A stretch of 64,000 bases of DNA from Andalucia godoyi And28 (Eukaryota > Protista > Jakobida), in contig VRVR01000001.1 in NCBI GenBank assembly GCA_009859145.1, forward strand, positions 326,463-390,462, given 5' to 3'. The notes beneath the pieces were generated by a model, which did not search any database, had not been told where the DNA came from, and saw nothing but the letters and a program-made list of their open reading frames with translations. The position numbers and the translations under genes are program-made. Below, piece by piece: positions 20,694-32,112 of the stretch (positions are counted from its first letter, which is position 1; the number at the start of each line of letters is the position of its first letter).

Positions 20694-21245
20694 CTTCTGC
20701 GTAATCTCTGTCAAACAACCCAACACGAAGAAAAGCAGAAAATGGAGAAAGGTAGATATGCTGGGAAGAGGAAACGAAAAGAAAGGGAACTTCAAAAAAT
20801 AAAAACCCATTAGGACCCAGGGTTACCGAGTAGGGTTTCTCGTTTTTGCAGCAGCAGAACAAACGTAATTAACTCTAATTATGCTGCATCGAAAAGGAAA
20901 TTGCATTTCTCTTGCATCAAGTGATGCCTTCCAGAACTTTTCATCTGTTTTCTGTACGACCGACGAACTGCCTTCGGCCCTCTGCTTCCATCATCCACAG
21001 ACCACAATCCATCTGTCCGCCGGCGTCTGGCCTCCAGCTTTCAGTGTCCCAGCGTCTCGGCCTTGTTGGATTCCCGAGATCTCAGCAGTGCAGCTCGCTG
21101 AAAGATAGACGAAGCTGTTCGCCCTTTCGATAAGCCGTGCCTTTCCACCCACACTCCTCTTTGGATACCCGGCCTTTTTGCACCCCCCACATTCTTCCTT
21201 CTCCCATTCGCCCTGTGCCAATCCAATAAAGAGAAAACCACTTCG

Positions 21246-22505
21246 ATGGACACACTGTTTGAAGCCTCGCGGAAGTTCTCTGATCTGCAGCAACACAGGG
21301 ACGTTCTTGAACAGAACGCGCAGACTTGTCGATCTGTAATGGCACAAGTTGATCGAATGAAGGAGCGATTGCAATTGACATTTCTTTTGTCTTGTCTCCA
21401 AGATGTCACTCTCCTGGAAATTGAGGAGTCTGTCGAGTCGTTTTCGCACCAAACAGCGCCTGCTTCGATTCAAGAATGTACGTTTGTCGGAATTGCAATG
21501 TTGCGCTGCGCAGAAACGATAGCAGCTCCGATCCACCCGTCCGTTGTTATTCGGTTTCGTTCTTTGCTTCGGAAGTTGTCAATCAAGTCGCTTTCTCCGG
21601 CGCACGTTGCTTGCGTGCTGGTGGCATCGAGAGCCATGTGTCCTCATCTCGTGGACGACTTGTTAGACTTGGCTGCAGTTCCTGTTGACACAGGAACAAC
21701 CCGATCTGTCGATCCTGTGTTGTTTGGGTACTATGGAGGAGTATGTTCCTGTTCGCTTCTCGACTGGCCCCGTGCGTTCGTCTTGTTTGCCTCCGGATTT
21801 TGTGTTCCTGCAAAATGCATGAATTCCGTCATGTTGGAATGCATCAAGAAGTTTTGCCTTGTGTCGTTGATTCGTTTTGGGGAGCTTCCGTCTTGGTTCT
21901 TGTCGAGAATTCCCTCCCAAAACTCCTCCTTGGAACACGGCTCTTTTCATGGCAGAATGGGGATTCACGGAGGACTGCAATCGGCAGGGCACATCGGCAG
22001 TGGGCGCCAACCCGGCCCTTCAAGCCGTCGCGATTCTGGTTCCGAAGCTGTTCCAATGATGCGACACATTCGCTCACTGATTCCGGATTACCTTGCTTTC
22101 TGCGAACAGTTTTCGAGCCAGGAGTTCGGTCCTGGCAGCAGAAAGGTCCTGGAGGAAACAGCCAACAAGATCTCGAGCATAGATCCGGACATGGTTGCAC
22201 TGGTCTCGATCTGCATGGATGAATACGCTCTGCGACGCATTCAAGGATTGTCTCACACATACTCTCGATTGCAGGTATCTGACGCAGCGCGGTTAGCCGA
22301 TTGCTCGGAAGACTGCATCCGCTCAACTGTTTGCAGCTACCTACATCGCTCGAAAGATATTCCTGTTTTCAGCACCTCAACCCAATCCATTTCGTTCATT
22401 GACTCTTTGAGATGTCACAATGATGCTGGTGTGATTGTGCTGCTGCAAGAAAGGATACAACTGCACCAACGACAGGCAGAAGTCGTCCTGAAAGAAGTTG
22501 AATAA
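21246..22505 (+). CDS. COPS3: COP9 signalosome subunit 3-like PCI protein
   Basis: FGYYGGV, ECIKKFCLVSLIRFGELP, IQGLSHTYSRLQVSDAA PCI-like C-terminus. Confidence 0.7.
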   Translation: MDTLFEASRKFSDLQQHRDVLEQNAQTCRSVMAQVDRMKERLQLTFLLSCLQDVTLLEIEESVESFSHQTAPASIQECTFVGIAMLRCAETIAAPIHPSVVIRFRSLLRKLSIKSLSPAHVACVLVASRAMCPHLVDDLLDLAAVPVDTGTTRSVDPVLFGYYGGVCSCSLLDWPRAFVLFASGFCVPAKCMNSVMLECIKKFCLVSLIRFGELPSWFLSRIPSQNSSLEHGSFHGRMGIHGGLQSAGHIGSGRQPGPSSRRDSGSEAVPMMRHIRSLIPDYLAFCEQFSSQEFGPGSRKVLEETANKISSIDPDMVALVSICMDEYALRRIQGLSHTYSRLQVSDAARLADCSEDCIRSTVCSYLHRSKDIPVFSTSTQSISFIDSLRCHNDAGVIVLLQERIQLHQRQAEVVLKEVE

Positions 22506-22793
22506 GTTATGCGGGTCGCATGTATTCTGGACAGAATCTGTGGTTGATGGCCGATGTAAGTCAATATGGTTCAGAGATTTGGAGATTGTTGAGAGTCTAT
22601 AGTTTCTCAAGCGATTTGGCACTGACGTTTGACTCGGATGACGTTCCGGGAAGAGCCTGCCCTTTTGGTGATGGGCTGTTGAAGAATCCGCATCGACTCG
22701 CACAGCAGAATGGTATTGACAACAGTAAAGATGAACAAAAACTCACAAGCCTGCATGCTTCCTCTCCACACACTATCTCTCTCTCTCCCTCTC

Positions 22794-22889
22794 GTGAAGC
22801 AAACGTGCCAGTGTCGGCCAGTATTGACCGTGTCTGTTTATGTATACTCCCCCGTATGCAGGACGATGACGTGTTTATTATTCAACGGC
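22794..22889 (+). repeat. About 95-bp dispersed copy of the hAT right subterminal sequence (19939-20031)
   Basis: aaacgtgc..gtgtcggccagt.ttgaccgtgtctgtttatgta..ctcccc.gtatgca.gac.atgacgtg shared, roughly 85% identical by eye. Confidence 0.85.
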
Positions 22890-22953
22890 ACGGAACTTAA
22901 AAGACGTCTTTTTATCAACACAATCACAAAAAACATGCAGCAAACAGGATTCT

Positions 22954-25482
22954 TTAGAGCTTGTCCTCGTACTCGGAAATCTCGGGTACATCAGCCTTGA
23001 GTCCCTTGCGGACACGAGTCTCCTTGACCATCTTGTTGCACTGAGTGCCCTCCTTGGTGGGGTCACCCTGGACAACTTGCCAGTGGTCAAAAACGCACTG
23101 TGGGAATGCCTGGCCACCGGTGGATGCACGAAGGTCTGCAGTGAATCCGAAAGATTCCATAACAGGCAAGTAGCACTTCACGTTGTACAACGGAGTACCC
23201 GGGCGCTGCTCTTCACCAATAACGTGTCCACGGCGCTTGTTGAGAACTGAGTAGATGCCTCCCATAGCGGATTCAGGGCACTGAATCTCCACCAAGAACA
23301 CGGGTTCAAGGAGACGCGGCTCCGCAACAAGAGTGCTGGCGTAGACCACACGACGAGCAGTCGGGATGATCTGTCCACCTCCGCGATGGATGGCATCGGC
23401 ATGGAGAACAACATCAAGAATGTTGTACTGGCAACCACGCATAAGCTCGTCGCAGAGCACTCCCTCCTTGGCAGCCCACTGGAATGCGGCAACAACGGAG
23501 TCCTTGATCTCGTTCATGTACTGCACAGCCTTGGTTGCGTCGCAGATAATGTTGGTTCCACCAATTTCGGGACCGAAGCACCAAATGCGACGGGCAATAT
23601 CGGGGTCCATTTGGAACTCCTCCTGGAGAAGCTTGGCGCGGACCTTGGGGTCATCACGCGGGCCAACACGACCGGCCTCCATGGCCTCGGCAAGACCCTC
23701 GGGAAGGGGCTCGGACGCCATGTAGATACGGTTGTGCTTGTTCGGGGACTTGGCCAACACATCGCGGCTCGACTTTGCAGTGATGGTCTCGCGGAAAGAA
23801 ACGACAGGGTCGGAAATCTTCAGCGGAATTCCAGTGAAATCCTCTTGAAGATCCTTCAAGCAAATTTCAAGGTGGAGCTCACCAGCGCCAGCAACGATGT
23901 GCTCACCCGACTCTTCAATGGTACATTGAACAAGGGGATCGGACTTTGCCAATCGCTTAAGACCTTCCACCAACTTGGGAAGATCCTGCGGGTTCTTCGG
24001 CTCGACGGCGACTCGAACGACGGCAGACACAGAGTACTTCATGTCCTTCATGGGATAGCAGTCCTCAGACTCGGCATCCACGATGGTACCAGTCTTCACG
24101 ATGAACTGATCCACACCGACCAGACCAACGATGTTTCCGCAAGGAACATCCTCGACGGCCTCGACGTAGCGACCCATCATAAGAACAGTACGCTGGACAG
24201 ACTTGACTGAAACATCGTCCTTCTTACCAACAACGTAGTGCGGTCCCATGATACGGACCTTCTGTCCAGTGCGGACAGTTCCGGCGAAAACACGACCGAA
24301 TGCATAGAACCGACCCTTGTCAGAGGTGGGAACCATCTTGGAAACGTACATGATCAATCCAGCCTTGGGGTCGCACTGCTTGATGGACTGTGCGTACTTG
24401 TCGTCTGAACTGCCGGTGTACAAGAGCTCGCATCGGTACTCCTGGGCCTTGGCGGGAGAAGGCAGGTACAAAACGATCATTTCAAGAAGAGCATCGGCGG
24501 CGGGCAAGAACTTCTGCATAATTGCCTTCAGTCTACGCTTGGGAACAAGCTCTTTCTCTTCGGGAGTGAGCTTGATCTTGAGCTGCTCAAGCATCTTCTC
24601 AACCTTGTCCTCCTTCTCGTTCATGACGTTGTCGAACAACTGGTAGATCGGATCAAGGACGAACTGCACAAACGCGCGCTTCAATGGCTTACCACTGTCG
24701 CTGACGTCCTTGTTCTTCCACTTCTTGCCTTCTGCATCAAAGTAGTTGTCGCCCCAGAGCTTCTCCATAAGCTTGGACTTCTCAACACCAAACTTGGATG
24801 CATACATCTTGGCGAACCTGTTGATGGTGAATCCCCAGGCATGGAGACCAGATCCGAAGCACACGGTTCCCTTTGACGGGTCAACGTTAACCTCTCCCAT
24901 AACCGGGTCACGGTACGTGGAGATGATAACGTTCACGGACTCGATAGAACGGGCGAACGACTGGTACGCAGTCTCGGGGTCCATCTGGAGTTCAAGAAGA
25001 ACACGATCCAACTTATTCATCATCAGAACAGGGCGGATACGCTCACCAAGGGCCTGGCGAAGAACAGTCTCGGTTTGCACGCACACTCCTTCAACGCAAT
25101 CAACAACGACAAGTGCACCGTCGGTAACACGGAGAGCAGCAGTAACTTCAGAAGAGAAATCAACGTGTCCCGGAGAGTCGATCAAGTTGATCAGGTACTT
25201 ACGGTCAGTCGACTCAGCAGGAACATCCGACGTGTCTTCGACTTCGTAGAACATGGTGATGGCGGACGACTTGATGGTGATACCACGGTCAATCTCGTCC
25301 TGGCGCGAGTCCATGAAGCGGGCATCTCCGGCCTTCTGGACGGCAATGATACCTGCCTTGGCGATCAGGGAATCAGTCAATGTAGACTTTCCGTGATCGA
25401 CGTGGGCAATAACCGACATGTTGCGGATGTTGTGTTTCGAGTCCATCAGGCTGCGAACCTGATCGATAGTGAAGTTGACCAT
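22954..25482 (-). CDS. EEF2: Eukaryotic translation elongation factor 2
   Basis: [41 protein letters not shown], diphthamide loop [14 protein letters not shown]; 842 aa. Confidence 0.99.
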   Translation of the reverse strand: MVNFTIDQVRSLMDSKHNIRNMSVIAHVDHGKSTLTDSLIAKAGIIAVQKAGDARFMDSRQDEIDRGITIKSSAITMFYEVEDTSDVPAESTDRKYLINLIDSPGHVDFSSEVTAALRVTDGALVVVDCVEGVCVQTETVLRQALGERIRPVLMMNKLDRVLLELQMDPETAYQSFARSIESVNVIISTYRDPVMGEVNVDPSKGTVCFGSGLHAWGFTINRFAKMYASKFGVEKSKLMEKLWGDNYFDAEGKKWKNKDVSDSGKPLKRAFVQFVLDPIYQLFDNVMNEKEDKVEKMLEQLKIKLTPEEKELVPKRRLKAIMQKFLPAADALLEMIVLYLPSPAKAQEYRCELLYTGSSDDKYAQSIKQCDPKAGLIMYVSKMVPTSDKGRFYAFGRVFAGTVRTGQKVRIMGPHYVVGKKDDVSVKSVQRTVLMMGRYVEAVEDVPCGNIVGLVGVDQFIVKTGTIVDAESEDCYPMKDMKYSVSAVVRVAVEPKNPQDLPKLVEGLKRLAKSDPLVQCTIEESGEHIVAGAGELHLEICLKDLQEDFTGIPLKISDPVVSFRETITAKSSRDVLAKSPNKHNRIYMASEPLPEGLAEAMEAGRVGPRDDPKVRAKLLQEEFQMDPDIARRIWCFGPEIGGTNIICDATKAVQYMNEIKDSVVAAFQWAAKEGVLCDELMRGCQYNILDVVLHADAIHRGGGQIIPTARRVVYASTLVAEPRLLEPVFLVEIQCPESAMGGIYSVLNKRRGHVIGEEQRPGTPLYNVKCYLPVMESFGFTADLRASTGGQAFPQCVFDHWQVVQGDPTKEGTQCNKMVKETRVRKGLKADVPEISEYEDKL

Positions 25483-26049
25483 TTTAGAGAATGGATGAAG
25501 AAGCAAAGATTGTAAAGAAACGACAAAGGCGAAGCCGAATGGATCACAAGAAAAAGAAAAGGAGAGAAAAGAGAGGAAGAAGGAAAAGAAGGAGAGGGAA
25601 GCGAGACAAAGAGAGAAGGGGAGAGACAGAGAGAGAGAGAGGAGATGAGGAAGGGAGAGACGGAAAACGAAAGCAACACAAAATCCGGGGAAAGCCACAA
25701 GCGCGATGTTTGGTACTTCCAGCTTCCACAACGCACCCCAGAAGAAACCGCCTCTGCACTACAGACGATGACACCAGCATCAAGCAAGCAAAGGGCTTCC
25801 GGCATTTGTTAGGGTAATGAGTTTGCAAAGCTCACGCAAGTCGAAAATCCTCGACATTTCCACCAACTCTTGGCAGACCTCCACCTGTGGGCACTCAAGC
25901 AACTCAAGGGAACCTGCCATGGGACCTGCTGCTCGAGAAAGTACGAATCATTATTGGTTATCGGGGCTTAGCTGTCACTGAAGACAGCTCCAAGCCACAT
26001 GCTTTTTTTTTGTTTTTGTTTTTTGTTTTTGTTTTAATTAAATTGGGGC

Positions 26050-26330
26050 GAGCACCAACTCTTCAATGCAGTTAAAGGGTCATCGCAACCAACATACTCC
26101 CCCCAAATCGATTCAACACTCAAAAAATGAACGTTGGAGGAAACAGAATGTGGTCGGTGGCGTTGCACATTGCGCGTGACGACGCTTTTTGCCTTTGCTC
26201 CTTCTTGTTCTCTCTGACTTGAAAGCGCATTCCGAACGCAATCGATCACACGTCTTCGTGATGTAATGATCATCAGCTTGCCCAGCAAGTTGCGACGAGC
26301 GGGGAATCAACGGCTTCCTTGGTTCTCGGT
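26050..26330 (-). pseudogene. Short decayed Fanzor2 relic
   Basis: Minus-strand frame SRAMCNATDHILFPP parallels AKAVCQNADHILFPP of the 30-31 kb relic; extent uncertain. Confidence 0.4.
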
Positions 26331-26764
26331 GTCTTCGAGCATGGCCGGATTTGCATTCGTTGGGAAGATCCCTCTTTGGAGCCATGAGATGTTTTGTCCC
26401 TGATGAAAGGTGCTGCTTGAGAGTTCGACTATTAAAAAAACACAAAGAGAGAATAACAGAATAAAGAAAAACGTGAAGAAATTCTAGACTTGACTACGGT
26501 AGGAAAATCGCGTCCCCATAGGGTTAGATAAAACGAAACTTCCGATATGATGGTTCTTTGTTTGTGTTCAACGCTGATACCCAAAACGGTCAACCGTTCC
26601 TGCCTTTCTGCGTCCCTGACGAGTCACGACATCCTGCACCCGTCTTGTTGGGCTCATTCTTTTCCCCAGTCCTCACGAACAGCCCTTCGGATTCCGCTCC
26701 CTGTTCTCCGTAAGGTTCTCGCTTCTTCAGTTTGTTTTGTTGCTTTTGCGGAGCGTGCACCACC

Positions 26765-27682
26765 ATGAACGACTTGCAATCGATGAACAGCGGCAGCAGT
26801 CAGGGTCGTATCGTTTTCGTGTCATTGATAACGAACGTCGTGTCGTCAACTCTCACAATTGTTCTGAACAAAGTCTGCTCTTCAAATGAAGTGTTTCGGT
26901 TCGGAACTTTGCTGACGGTGTTTCATTTTACATTCATGAACTTGGTTCTTTATGCGATGTCGTTGTTGGGATATGTGCAACTAATAGACATCCCAACATC
27001 GGTCAAACTTCCGCTAGTGTCCGCGTATGCGGGATATGTTTTTTTCAACAATGTGTCGCTGATATCGAATTCGGTAAGCTTTTATCAAATCACAAAATTG
27101 CTGGTCACACCCATTGTTCTCTTCGTACAGCACCATGTGTATGACATCAAAGTTTCCAGAAGAACCAAACTGTCTCTTGTTCCGCTTCTTATCGGATCAT
27201 CCGTTTACATTTCGACGGATCTGTCCACGTCTTTTGTTGGCGCCATCTTTGCAATCCTAGCCACTGTGTCGAATGCAATGTACACAGTGTGGGGAGGGAC
27301 GATGCAGAAGAAAACGCATGCCTCCGGTCTTCAAATGCTGTACCACCAGTCTCTGTGGTCTGCAATTATTCTCTCTCCGTGCATTTTCATATTCGACGAT
27401 TACCACGCAATTCTCAACTCGGGATTTTCCCTCAAGACTTTGGGGTTTGGTCTCTTGACAGGCCCGTGTGCTTTGTTTCTCAATTTGTCCTTTTTTGTGT
27501 TCGTTGGGCGAACGTCACCGTTGACTGCAAACGTTCTCGGCTACCTGAAAACGGCCCTTATTCTTGTGATCGGGATCACGTATTTTGGAGATCGGTTGGA
27601 TATGTACTCCATCTTTGGTCTCTCCTGCACTCTCCTTGGTTTGTTTCTATATTCCAAAACAAAAATTGACGAGGCAAAGTGA
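26765..27682 (+). CDS. Nucleotide-sugar / triose-phosphate transporter family (SLC35E-like) membrane protein
   Basis: NNVSLISNSVSFYQITKLLVTP, GRTSPLTANVLGYLKT; about 9-10 hydrophobic helices. Confidence 0.88.
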   Translation: MNDLQSMNSGSSQGRIVFVSLITNVVSSTLTIVLNKVCSSNEVFRFGTLLTVFHFTFMNLVLYAMSLLGYVQLIDIPTSVKLPLVSAYAGYVFFNNVSLISNSVSFYQITKLLVTPIVLFVQHHVYDIKVSRRTKLSLVPLLIGSSVYISTDLSTSFVGAIFAILATVSNAMYTVWGGTMQKKTHASGLQMLYHQSLWSAIILSPCIFIFDDYHAILNSGFSLKTLGFGLLTGPCALFLNLSFFVFVGRTSPLTANVLGYLKTALILVIGITYFGDRLDMYSIFGLSCTLLGLFLYSKTKIDEAK

Positions 27683-27726
27683 CGTGCGTCACGATTCACG
27701 ATGTGTGATGCTCCGCCAACCTGCGA

Positions 27727-29685
27727 TCATTCTGTGACAATCTGGATGGAATCCAGTGCATTGGTTTCCTCTTGCAGAGTCCTCGCTTCCATCCAGTTTT
27801 CCTCGGCGGAGGGCTCCAAACCTAGCAGCTGACCAAGGAGCGCTGCCAGTTGCATCGAAAATGCAAAATTACAAAGGTACGCTACATGGGAAGATCTCCC
27901 TAAAAGCCTATTCATCTTGGAAAAAATTCTTCCTCCAAGAAGAGGATTCTTGTCTTTTTCAGACTTTGAGACGGATTGAAAGTCAACCATGATTCGCATG
28001 AACTTCCTCTGCTGTCCGCCATGTTTGGGGTCGAGGGTTGGACACCCTTGATCCATCACTTTGAGCAAATTAAGACCCATCTGAACATAACTGGAAGCAA
28101 ACTTGGAGTCCCGCAAAGTGTTGTCATCGAGTTCGATTCTGGAAGAGTACAACGGAATATACTTGTCTGTGCGGCTGGAAAACAGGACGTAGTGTGAGAA
28201 ATAGCCAAATTGACATCCTGTGCTCAAGGATTCCAGCAGCTTTGTGCCTCCTGTCCGGTCCGTTAAGCAAAGCTCTTGCAGGCATGCCGACGGCTGTTTC
28301 CTCATGATTCTTCGAAGCCCAAACCCTACGATCATATTGTCAAGGTGATTTGTTCCAAGATGAGGCGATCCGAGAGACACGAAAACTCCTAGTTTGAAAA
28401 GAATATTTTCAAGGAGGGGTGAGGCCAGAGAGGCTCGGACGACGAGGGCTCCCAGAGAGTGGCCAACAAACGAAATGCGATCGAATTCTCCGCGCAGACG
28501 CATGAAATCATGAAGCTCCTGCGCCAAGTTCTGGCCCATTTCTGCGATACTCGAGTGATCGCGATCTTCGTTCGACTTTGGCAGGAATATGGACAGATCC
28601 TGAAGAACGTCCGAGTATCGTCGAAGCACTGCATCTGCTAGCACGGACATATCGGAAGCACAACTCATGAATCCGTGGACAAACACAATTAGATGCCGGG
28701 TTTGATGATCCGCCGAATGTGGCTCAACTGCTCCTGGAAGCTTCGAAATCTCCACTTCCCAATTCGGAAAATGTCCACCTGTGAGGAACGTCCGATCGTC
28801 AATTACAGGCAGATCAACATTGAACATCTGCCCAACTGAGGTGGCCGTTCTGGAACGGTGGCTGGTGAGGGATAGTCGAGCAGTAGAAAAATGCGAAGTG
28901 CTGACAGACCGTCCAAAGTTTTCTAAAGATTTCCTCCGGTATTTCCGAATCAATAATCGAAAAACGGTTTCAAGCCGGTACATGATTTCATACGAAAACG
29001 CGTCAAGCACGGAGTGAAGAAGCTGAAAACAATCTGAAACCGATTCTAACGTCCCGGAATCGGATTCCGTGGCTTCTGGAATCTCAGACAAGGCCCGCAG
29101 AAGCATTGACGAATACGCATTTGATTGCAAGCCAATTGCTTCTCCTTCTTGTTGGATCTGCAACAACAGGTTCCTTAGCCGATCCACACAAAGGGCACCG
29201 TCGACGCTCGTTCGCTTCGCAGAAAAGCATCCACACGCAAAAAAGCGTGCGCCAAACTCTGGAGGGACGCTGGGACACGTAAACACGACCATTTCTAACA
29301 AGGATGAGTACGGAAAGTCGAAATAACAGGGAAAGTAAACAACTTCGGGGGGCGCATCGTCCTGACTAATGCAAATTTGCCTCGAACCGCACTGCTCAAA
29401 ATGCTCGATTCTTGGCACAACACTGGGGCTTTCTGGACAATGCAGCAACTCGACAAGGACCGCAAGATCCTTTGAACTCCCACTTGTGTACAGTCCGATG
29501 CATGCGCACAGAGAAATCGCCTGTCGCGCGTATGAAATGTAGAAAGCTGGCAAGTGTACAGAAACATCGCAACGTGTCTTTCTCCGCGAACGCTTGTTAT
29601 GAACAGAACAAAAGGCACCAGAAAGCGAATCGCTGTGGGCACGCTCATGATAGAAACAATCCAAAACTGCCACTTCCTTTGGCAT
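27727..29685 (-). CDS. FAM135/DUF676 putative serine esterase (alpha/beta hydrolase)
   Basis: HLIVFVHGF, ISFVGHSLGALVVR, FVSLGSPHLGT, SRTDKYIPLYSSRI, GRSSHVAYL. Confidence 0.85.
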   Translation of the reverse strand: MPKEVAVLDCFYHERAHSDSLSGAFCSVHNKRSRRKTRCDVSVHLPAFYISYARQAISLCACIGLYTSGSSKDLAVLVELLHCPESPSVVPRIEHFEQCGSRQICISQDDAPPEVVYFPCYFDFPYSSLLEMVVFTCPSVPPEFGARFFACGCFSAKRTSVDGALCVDRLRNLLLQIQQEGEAIGLQSNAYSSMLLRALSEIPEATESDSGTLESVSDCFQLLHSVLDAFSYEIMYRLETVFRLLIRKYRRKSLENFGRSVSTSHFSTARLSLTSHRSRTATSVGQMFNVDLPVIDDRTFLTGGHFPNWEVEISKLPGAVEPHSADHQTRHLIVFVHGFMSCASDMSVLADAVLRRYSDVLQDLSIFLPKSNEDRDHSSIAEMGQNLAQELHDFMRLRGEFDRISFVGHSLGALVVRASLASPLLENILFKLGVFVSLGSPHLGTNHLDNMIVGFGLRRIMRKQPSACLQELCLTDRTGGTKLLESLSTGCQFGYFSHYVLFSSRTDKYIPLYSSRIELDDNTLRDSKFASSYVQMGLNLLKVMDQGCPTLDPKHGGQQRKFMRIMVDFQSVSKSEKDKNPLLGGRIFSKMNRLLGRSSHVAYLCNFAFSMQLAALLGQLLGLEPSAEENWMEARTLQEETNALDSIQIVTE

Positions 29686-30059
29686 GATGAATCGCACACA
29701 GTACCACCTGTTTGTTTTGTTTTGTATTGTATTTTTGAGGTCGCGAACAATGAATGACAAGCATTTGCAAACAAAAGGGAGAGGGGGGAAAGCCAACAAC
29801 GTGAAAAAGAATTAACAACATACCCCTTTTCTTTTAGGTGCAGATTGTGAAACCCGTGGACGCAACTCAAGATAAACCGCCCATTCAACAACGTCCCCAT
29901 GCTAACGCACCCCAGTGTCGACTCACTGTTTTTGGGAGAAATTGACAAGTCTCTCGGCACACAGGCTTTTCCAGACTTCTGACGTCCGACTTTTTTTGAC
30001 GCTTCCCGGTTCTTCCCCCCTCCTCACTCCTCATTCCTCATTCCGTATATTTTACTGGG

Positions 30060-31830
30060 ACGCCTCAAGTGCTTTGCCAGCATCTCGAATGAGGACTTTT
30101 CTTCAGGGGAAAAAATGGCACTGCTTGGTTAAACACTGATCAACAACGATAGCTCCCTTTTCCATGAAAATGGTTCAGGGCTTCCCACAACAAGTAGGTT
30201 GTTGGGTGTTTTCAGTCCCACGCAAACACCTCCCCCTTATTGCGAGGAGGATGAAAAGGGGCTTGGGTGTTGGCAGACTCCAATGCCAATACATTCCACA
30301 CCCAAGATCGCAACGTTTCTCGCACCATGCTGGTCACGAGGTTGCGAATACGTGCATCCCGCGTGGGGACACTGTGCCGTCTTCACTCTGTTTCTGGCAC
30401 ATCTTCTGGGTGTTCAATGGCGGGAACAGGATATGATCCGCATTCTGGCACACCGCCTTGGCAATGTGTACATGTCCATCATGTTGCATGTTCTGAATGC
30501 GGTGCGAAATGTTGCGCACTTACGCCGGGCATTCCGTCTTGCCGTTTTTTTTTCGACATGCGAGTCGTCTCGGTGGCGCGTTTCGATTGCAATTTCTGAT
30601 AGCGTTTCTGGGGTTTGATCAGCGTCAAGGGTCGCCCTCGGATAACCCATATTCCTTGTAATTCCCACAGCCATCATAAACAGTCTGGAAGACACGGTCT
30701 CCGCCATCGCAGCTGTTCATGACAACCATGTCCCCGGTTTTCGTCTTGGGTGGTGCCATGGATCGCGCGACTGGGACAATCAGAAAAGCATCGTCCTTGG
30801 ACATAGGAAATGGAACACGTGCGCAGGCCATTGAAAACCGAGCCGCTACTGCCACCTTGGGGTTTCTCACGCTCCATCTCACGTAGCCGTCGAATTTCAC
30901 GCCCCGCCTTCCTTCCTCATTTCCACAATTTGATGGTGCTTCCGGGAATGAAAGTGGACCAGAAAGCAGCACCTTCCTCGACCGACAATTGGACGGGAGG
31001 TTTTCCACCATTCTTGGGAAGCTTGAAACTGCGATGATCGGAATGCTTGTCTCGCGGTTTCACGACGAAGCGTTTCGGACAACGTCTCGTGTTCTTCGTC
31101 AACCTGGAGTTGGGGTTCGGAAAAACATGTCGATCCATCTTTCGGGATCTTGCAGGGACATTGCGTTTCTGGTAAAGGAAGACGCAGTTGTTATACGCAT
31201 CGTCCCAGAGATCGAGCATCTGATAAAGTTTCAACTTCTGTTCTTCGGTGGGTCCGCAGGCGAATCTTGAATGCGCACATAGCCAAACCGGGAGGTAGCT
31301 TCTTCTCGTCATCCCGCTCACATGCCTCCGATTTGGGGTTCGACTTAGACGCCTGAGGCTTCCCCCGGAGGCTCGTCTTCTGTTTTCCACGGAAACGGTT
31401 CTTCTCGTGGATTTTCTGTTTCTTGGGTTTTGGGACTTTGCTGAAGCAGCCGCGGGTTTAGGTTTCGTCTTCGCTTCGGGTTTCTTTTTTGGGAGCCGGT
31501 TTCTTTGTCTCCCTAGGAACAATCTTAAGTTTCGCCAAGTTGGCTTGGATCGTGGCAGGATCGAACAAACGCACCATCGGCAGACTTTCCGGAGTCGAGT
31601 TGATTGTGCGCACGCTGACCCAGCTGTGTTCCAGCTTTCCGGAACGAACGACTGGGGTGGTCATGTCCCGCAGGCATCTGCTGCGCAAGCAACCTTTTGC
31701 GCTCAATATCTACCCAAGGGCACTGTTCGAGCGACGTCGGAAGGAGGGTCTGGGAGTCTTCCTAGGGCGCTTCTTTGTCGGATTTGCGACCTCTTGGAAG
31801 GTTGCGTCTCCGAGTCATTCTTCTGCTGTT
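30060..31830 (-). pseudogene. Near full-length decayed Fanzor2 with a long basic N-terminal extension
   Basis: In order: AFKIRL/PTEEQKLKLYQMLDLWDDAYNNCV; FLIVPV..SCDGGDRVFQTVYDG (RuvC-I); RIQNMQHDGHVHIAKAVCQNADHILFPP; GAIVVDQCLTKQC; many frameshifts; ends approximate. Confidence 0.8.
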
Positions 31831-32112
31831 TTCTTGTTGTTGAGAAACATGAGGATTGTGTGTTGGGATTTCGGGAAAGATGGAAAGCGAAAATCGTGGA
31901 AATGCGTATTTTTTACGTCGTGATCGATATTGACCAATTCTTTTGCTCACTGTGCAGTGCCGCTCTGCAAGCCCGTTTGAGCAGCTCAAGCTTTTGGGTA
32001 TTTTTTGTTGCTGTTTTTGTTGTGGTTTTTTGTTTTTATTTCTTGTTTCTGTTGCTGTAGCTCTGGTTCGTTTTTTGGGCAGCACATCTTTTCGTCCCGA
32101 TCTCGTTGTCCG

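Noticed and set aside
20340-25515. Long antisense ORFs opposite RPL36 and eEF2 (e.g. 20340-20813, 23386-24210)
   Set aside because: Shadow frames produced by strong codon bias in highly expressed genes
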